Of a DNA stretch of 26,937 nt, positions 24,005 through 26,937 are shown piece by piece (position 1 is the first letter of the stretch; each line of letters starts with the position of its first letter). Position numbers and translations under genes: made by a program. The DNA is taken from positions 1 through 26,937 of the forward strand of contig CBFGJG010000028.1 of the NCBI GenBank assembly GCA_965649055.1. Reading direction: 5' to 3'. This DNA comes from a candidate division WOR-3 bacterium (GTDB lineage: Bacteria > Hydrothermota > UBA3072 > B12-G15). Under the pieces are notes generated by a model. The model had not been told where the DNA came from, searched no databases, and saw nothing but the letters and a program-made list of their open reading frames with translations.

Positions 24005-24752
24005 AGGTGATATAACTACAGATTCAGTAATTCCTGACAACCTAATCATATCAGGATATTTTCAATTAAAAGAAAAGGCTATTATTTCGGGTTTAGATGT
24101 TGTAAAATGGGTCTTTGAAGAACTCGGTAAGGTAGAATTTGATAAGATAGTTGAAGAAGGTGAATGGGTAAATCCAGGTAAGATAGCGATAATAAAAGGT
24201 GATGCAAAGGTAATTCTAAAAGGCGAAAGGGTTGCATTAAATTTTTTACAAAGAATGAGTGGTATATCAACATTAACAAGAATGTTTGTAGATAAAATAA
24301 AAGGAACAAGTTCAAAAATTCTCGATACACGCAAAACTACACCAACCCTGAGAATACTTGAGAAATATTCAGTTAAAGTAGGTGGCGGAGAAAATCATAG
24401 ATTCGGTTTATTTGATGCTGTCCTGATAAAAGATAATCACATTGCTATAGTAGGTGGAATAAAAAATGCTTTGGAAAAAGTGAATGGCGAAATAGAAGTA
24501 AAAAATATAGAAGAACTTAAAGAAGCAATTAAATATGGGGCAAAAAGGGTTCTACTTGATAATATGGAGATCAATGATATTAAAAAAGCAGTTGAAATAT
24601 GCAAAAAGCATAATGTGATTACAGAAGTTTCAGGTGGTGTAAATCTTGATAACGTATACGAGATTGCTAAGACTGGTTGCGATTACATTTCAGTTGGTGC
24701 ATTAACCCATTCAGTAAAGGCAATTGATATATCTCTGGAGATAAATGTTTAA
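23937..24752 (+). CDS. nadC: Nicotinate-nucleotide pyrophosphorylase (quinolinate phosphoribosyltransferase)
   Basis: EDIGKGDITT, ERVALNFLQRMSGIST, DTRKTTP, HRFGLFDAVLIKDNH, LLDNM, SGGV, ISVGALTHS; AGGAGG 7 nt upstream. Confidence 0.96.
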   Translation: MNRLEKEKVLKIIKEALKEDIGKGDITTDSVIPDNLIISGYFQLKEKAIISGLDVVKWVFEELGKVEFDKIVEEGEWVNPGKIAIIKGDAKVILKGERVALNFLQRMSGISTLTRMFVDKIKGTSSKILDTRKTTPTLRILEKYSVKVGGGENHRFGLFDAVLIKDNHIAIVGGIKNALEKVNGEIEVKNIEELKEAIKYGAKRVLLDNMEINDIKKAVEICKKHNVITEVSGGVNLDNVYEIAKTGCDYISVGALTHSVKAIDISLEINV

Positions 24753-25473
24753 GATTGTTTTTAAGAAAGGTAAAAATGGTTTTAAGGAAGCATATAAGAT
24801 AAGAGAGAAGGTTTTTGTTGAAGAACAGGGAATTGATAGAAATATAGAAGTTGATAAATTTGACGATATTGCAACTCATTTAATCCTTTATTATGATGGA
24901 AAACCTGTTGGAACAGGTAGATTCTATTTTGATGGTAAAGATTACAGGCTTGGAAGGATTGCTGTATTAAAGGAATACAGGGGTAAAGGATTTGGTAAAA
25001 TTATTACAAGAGAGCTTATAAAATATGCAGAGAAAAAAGGTGTTAAAAAAATAATGATTCATTCCCAGAAATACCTCGAAGAATTTTATAAAAACTTTGG
25101 TTTTAGAAGTGTAGGAAATGTATTTACTGAAGCAGGAATACCACATATAAAAATGATTTACAAAAAAGGAGGTTCTATGTCAACTTATATTCTGTTAACA
25201 AAACTCTCACCAGAAGTTACAAAACATATGAAAGACAGGGCAGGAACAGGAAAAAAATGGATGAAAAAAGTAAAGGAAAAATGCCCTGAAGTTAAATTCA
25301 TCGCGCACTATGCATTACTTGGTCCATATGATTTCCTTGACATTTATGAGGCACCTGACGAAGAAACAGCAGCAAAGGTCTCTATGATAAGTCTATCCTT
25401 AGGTGCTTCCAAGGCTGAATCATGGACAGCTATTCCTTATAGGAGGTTTTTAGAACTCGTAAAAGAGATATAA
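24745..25473 (+). CDS. GNAT acetyltransferase (ElaA/YjcF-like) fused to a GYD domain
   Basis: aa 1-140: IREKVFVEEQG, LGRIAVLKEYRGKGFG, FYKNFGF, EAGIPHIKM. aa 145-242: MSTYILLTKL...YALLGPYDFLDIYEAPDEETAAKVS (GYD-like). Confidence 0.85.
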   Translation: MFKIVFKKGKNGFKEAYKIREKVFVEEQGIDRNIEVDKFDDIATHLILYYDGKPVGTGRFYFDGKDYRLGRIAVLKEYRGKGFGKIITRELIKYAEKKGVKKIMIHSQKYLEEFYKNFGFRSVGNVFTEAGIPHIKMIYKKGGSMSTYILLTKLSPEVTKHMKDRAGTGKKWMKKVKEKCPEVKFIAHYALLGPYDFLDIYEAPDEETAAKVSMISLSLGASKAESWTAIPYRRFLELVKEI

Positions 25474-26633
25474 TGAAAATTGCTATTATAACACATAATT
25501 TCGTATACAATGATGGGCAGGGTATTGTTAATACTGAACTTGCCAAATATTTAGCAAAAAAAGGACATAATTTATTTCTTATAGGATGCAAATTTGATGA
25601 AAGTCTAAAAAAGTATGAGAATATAAGGTTAATCAAAATAATTGTTTTATTTGAAAAACCAAATATTTTAAAACAGATTATTTTTTCTGTTATTTCTGAT
25701 TTTGTCTTATTCTTTTTAAAACCAGATTTAATTCATTTAAACGGAGCCAATACATTCTTACATAAACATCACATAAACCATGTCCATTTCTGTCATTCTT
25801 ACTGGGTTAAAGAATTAAAAAAGATTAACGAACATAAGATAAAAAAGATTTATCATTATTTCTATCATTCTTTCAATGCATTCTGGGAGAAATTATGCTT
25901 CAGATATCTTGCAAAGATAATTGTTGCAGTATCACCTAAGGTAAAATACGAAATTAAAAATTATTGTAATATTCCCGGTGAAAAAATAAGTGTTATACCA
26001 AATGGTGTTGATATAAATAAATTTACACCTGAAAAAAAGGATATTTCAAGAAAGATGTTGATAGAAAAATTTGGTTTAAAAAGGGATGACTTCATCTTAC
26101 TTTTTGCTGGTGATATGAGGACAGACAGAAAAGGGTTTGGAACTTTGATAAAGGCAATGGAACTGCTAAAAGATTATAATGATATAAAACTTATTGCAAT
26201 GGGTTCTTTAGAAGGGAATATCTTTATTGATAAGGTGATAGAAAAAAAACTTAAGAATATTTATTTTGCAGGTTTTGTAAAGGATACTGAAAACTATTTT
26301 CCTGGTGTGGATTTATTTTTGACCCCATCTTATCAATGTGATCATTACTCACTCGTAATATTTGAATCTTTATCTTCTGGCACTCCTGTCATCACTTCAC
26401 CATTTTATTTTGTAAAAAAGGACGAGTATCTAATTCGTGATGAATACAATGGCTTTTCCATGAAAAGCCCTAATGATTATTCAGGGATTAAGAATTATGT
26501 ATTAAAACTATATAAAGATAAAAAATTACTTAAAAAACTCGCAGAAAATGCAAGGAAGACAGCTTTAAATCTTTCATTTGAAAAGACGGGAGAAAATTTT
26601 GAAAATCTTTATAAAAAGCTATCTTATCAATAA
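25473..26633 (+). CDS. Glycosyltransferase family 4 (GT-B)
   Basis: MKIAII...DGQG, IVAVS, VIPNGVD, LFAGD..RKG, FAGFV, DHYSLVIFESLSSGTPVI. Confidence 0.9.
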   Translation: MKIAIITHNFVYNDGQGIVNTELAKYLAKKGHNLFLIGCKFDESLKKYENIRLIKIIVLFEKPNILKQIIFSVISDFVLFFLKPDLIHLNGANTFLHKHHINHVHFCHSYWVKELKKINEHKIKKIYHYFYHSFNAFWEKLCFRYLAKIIVAVSPKVKYEIKNYCNIPGEKISVIPNGVDINKFTPEKKDISRKMLIEKFGLKRDDFILLFAGDMRTDRKGFGTLIKAMELLKDYNDIKLIAMGSLEGNIFIDKVIEKKLKNIYFAGFVKDTENYFPGVDLFLTPSYQCDHYSLVIFESLSSGTPVITSPFYFVKKDEYLIRDEYNGFSMKSPNDYSGIKNYVLKLYKDKKLLKKLAENARKTALNLSFEKTGENFENLYKKLSYQ

Positions 26634-26936
26634 TATCTTTTTTATTATTTTTTCCCTTCCATCTGTAATCTTCAGGAAATAAATACCTGATTTTGATATG
26701 TCTGTTTGAATTGTATTAAATCCTTTATTAAAGGAATCTTTCTTTTTATATAAAATTCTTCCTGAAATATCAAATACGGTTATTTCAATCTCTTTCGTTT
26801 CTGCTGTGAAAAAACCAATGTTTAACCTTTCCTTTAATATATTCCCACCAGAGTAAAGAATTCTATCTTTCAGATTATTCGAATAATCATCAATATTTCC
26901 ACAAATAATTAAAATTTCTCCTTCAATATCCCTTAA
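26619..26936 (-). CDS. 3' end of a protein with a T9SS type A-like C-terminal domain (5' part outside the window)
   Basis: Manual translation: ...LRDIEGEILIICGNIDDY...IEITVFDISGRILY...KGFNTIQTDISKSGIYFLKITDGREKIIKKILLIR*, stop TAG at 26621-26619. Confidence 0.85.
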   Translation of the reverse strand, partial: LRDIEGEILIICGNIDDYSNNLKDRILYSGGNILKERLNIGFFTAETKEIEITVFDISGRILYKKKDSFNKGFNTIQTDISKSGIYFLKITDGREKIIKKILLIR

Positions 26937-26937
26937 A

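Noticed and set aside
23937..24752. nadC without nadA/nadB as a special pathway
   Set aside because: nadC is often unlinked from nadA/nadB; nothing can be concluded from one window.
1421..25636. Many 60-131 aa ORFs antisense to or nested in known genes (e.g. 1421-1735, 4465-4833, 11967-12314, 13109-13429, 18338-19016, 21288-21683, 24062-24334)
   Set aside because: They overlap well-supported genes, show the Ser/Phe/Ile/Leu-rich composition expected from the reverse strand of Lys/Glu-rich genes, and have no recognisable motifs.

Overview
AT-rich, very densely packed bacterial chromosomal segment. The Kdo/LPS genes, gingipain-family protease, three T9SS-type C-terminal domains and K/E/I-rich proteins suggest a diderm, possibly thermophilic, FCB-related candidate lineage such as WOR-3 (taxonomy is inference). 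Left part: a partial CDP-alcohol phosphatidyltransferase, a small Cys-rich protein, an MBL hydrolase, upp, a lipoprotein, a GNAT, acyP and apt. Middle, minus strand: a T9SS-CTD beta-propeller protein/TlpA/CsgG-like operon, and a 13 kb tightly coupled run cmk-plsC-ispH-rpsA-kdsB-C25 protease-pyrG-kdsA-kdsC-kdsD-ecfT-truA. Right: uvrB-nadC-GNAT/GYD fusion-GT4 and the 3' end of another CTD protein. I saw no rRNA, tRNA, CRISPR array or intact mobile element. The most notable signals are: -35/-10 promoters placed so that transcription would start at the ATG in six of the eight unit-leading genes whose start is in the window (pervasive leaderless mRNA); ultra-short 'MIFFI' leaders on two probably exported proteins; a KdsA with altered signature motifs; archaeal-type PyrG and Upp; an 86-bp inverted-repeat element; and a GNAT-GYD fusion that keeps an internal ribosome-binding site.
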